DNA from: Patescibacteria group bacterium
Lineage (GTDB): Bacteria > Patescibacteriota > Patescibacteriia > PEXW01
Direction: 5' to 3'
Length of the DNA: 64,000 nucleotides
NCBI GenBank assembly: GCA_041671325.1
Contig: JBAZBR010000002.1
Location: 9,978 to 73,977, forward strand
Under the pieces are notes generated by a model. It did no database searches, had not been told where the DNA came from, and saw nothing but the letters and a program-made list of their open reading frames with translations. Made by a program: the position numbers and the translations under genes. This document shows, piece after piece, positions 63,811-64,000 of the stretch. Position 1 is the first letter of the stretch, and each line of letters starts with the position of its first letter.

Positions 63811-64000
63811 ATGGAAATTAAGCTTTTAACTATTGACCAGCTTCAAGAAGCCTATGCCTCGGGCGAGCTTTCGGTTGAAGCGGTGGTAAGCGCATATTTA
63901 GACTCCATAACCCATCAAGATTCCAAGATCGGCGCTTATTTAGAGATTTTAGGCGATCAGGCCATTAAGCGCGCAGAAGAGTTAGATGATAAGCTGCAAA
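63811..64000 (+). CDS. gatA: amidotransferase subunit A, N-terminal fragment (runs off the window)
   Basis: ATG at 63811, 2 nt after the gatC stop. Typical GatA N-terminus. Confidence 0.75.
   Translation, partial: MEIKLLTIDQLQEAYASGELSVEAVVSAYLDSITHQDSKIGAYLEILGDQAIKRAEELDDKLQ

Overview
This 64-kb window has a gene complement typical of a small-genome, monoderm, CPR/Patescibacteria-like bacterium (inferred from gene content only). No rRNA genes or CRISPR arrays were found. The main blocks are:

1. **T4SS-like operon (1–15.1 kb, + strand).** Tightly packed genes encode a TrbL/VirB6-like giant membrane protein, a PrgI/VirB3-like protein, a VirB4 ATPase split into two ORFs, and a TM+NTF2-like (VirB8-like) protein. 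The operon also carries two paralogous Cys-rich proteins with a TrbC/VirB2-like pilin hairpin; one is fused to an SLT lytic transglycosylase. A DsbA-like oxidoreductase and a PD40 beta-propeller protein sit with them.

2. **Housekeeping and repair genes (15–20 kb).** radA and recG.

3. **Accessory tRNA island (20.6–24.4 kb).** It holds tRNA-Ser(GCT), tRNA-Arg, tRNA-Ser(TGA), a tRNA-Ser 3'-half pseudo-copy, a GIY-YIG nuclease gene, a hairpin family, and direct-repeat-bounded cargo genes. The cargo genes are a low-GC UDG-like gene and a lipoprotein with a canonical sigma70 promoter.

4. **Stress and transport genes (24.5–33.7 kb).** An AbrB-like regulator with an ABC-2 exporter, a NUDIX hydrolase, comFC, a Clp-family chaperone, htpX and lemA.

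5. **Type IV pilus locus (33.7–60 kb).** Two giant secreted proteins of 617 and 1308 aa are co-operonic with pilM, PilN-like and PilO-like genes, an FN3 protein, pilB, a response regulator, pilT and pilC. They are followed by two pilins, a Wzy_C/TPR putative pilin glycosylase, pilD and five minor-pilin-like genes (PilV-, PilW- and PilX-like).

6. **Selfish-looking elements within the pilus locus.** Three DUF559 nuclease genes are each bracketed by GC-rich palindromic terminal repeats (MITE-like; solo copies occur elsewhere in the window). A GIY-YIG gene is inserted into a duplicated pilin 5' module, and perfect 19–20-bp inverted copies of the pilin leader-coding sequence lie upstream of minor pilin genes.

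7. **Remaining genes (60–64 kb).** A metallophosphoesterase, ligA, gatC and a partial gatA.

All functional calls come from recognisable motifs in the translated ORFs; no database searches were run.
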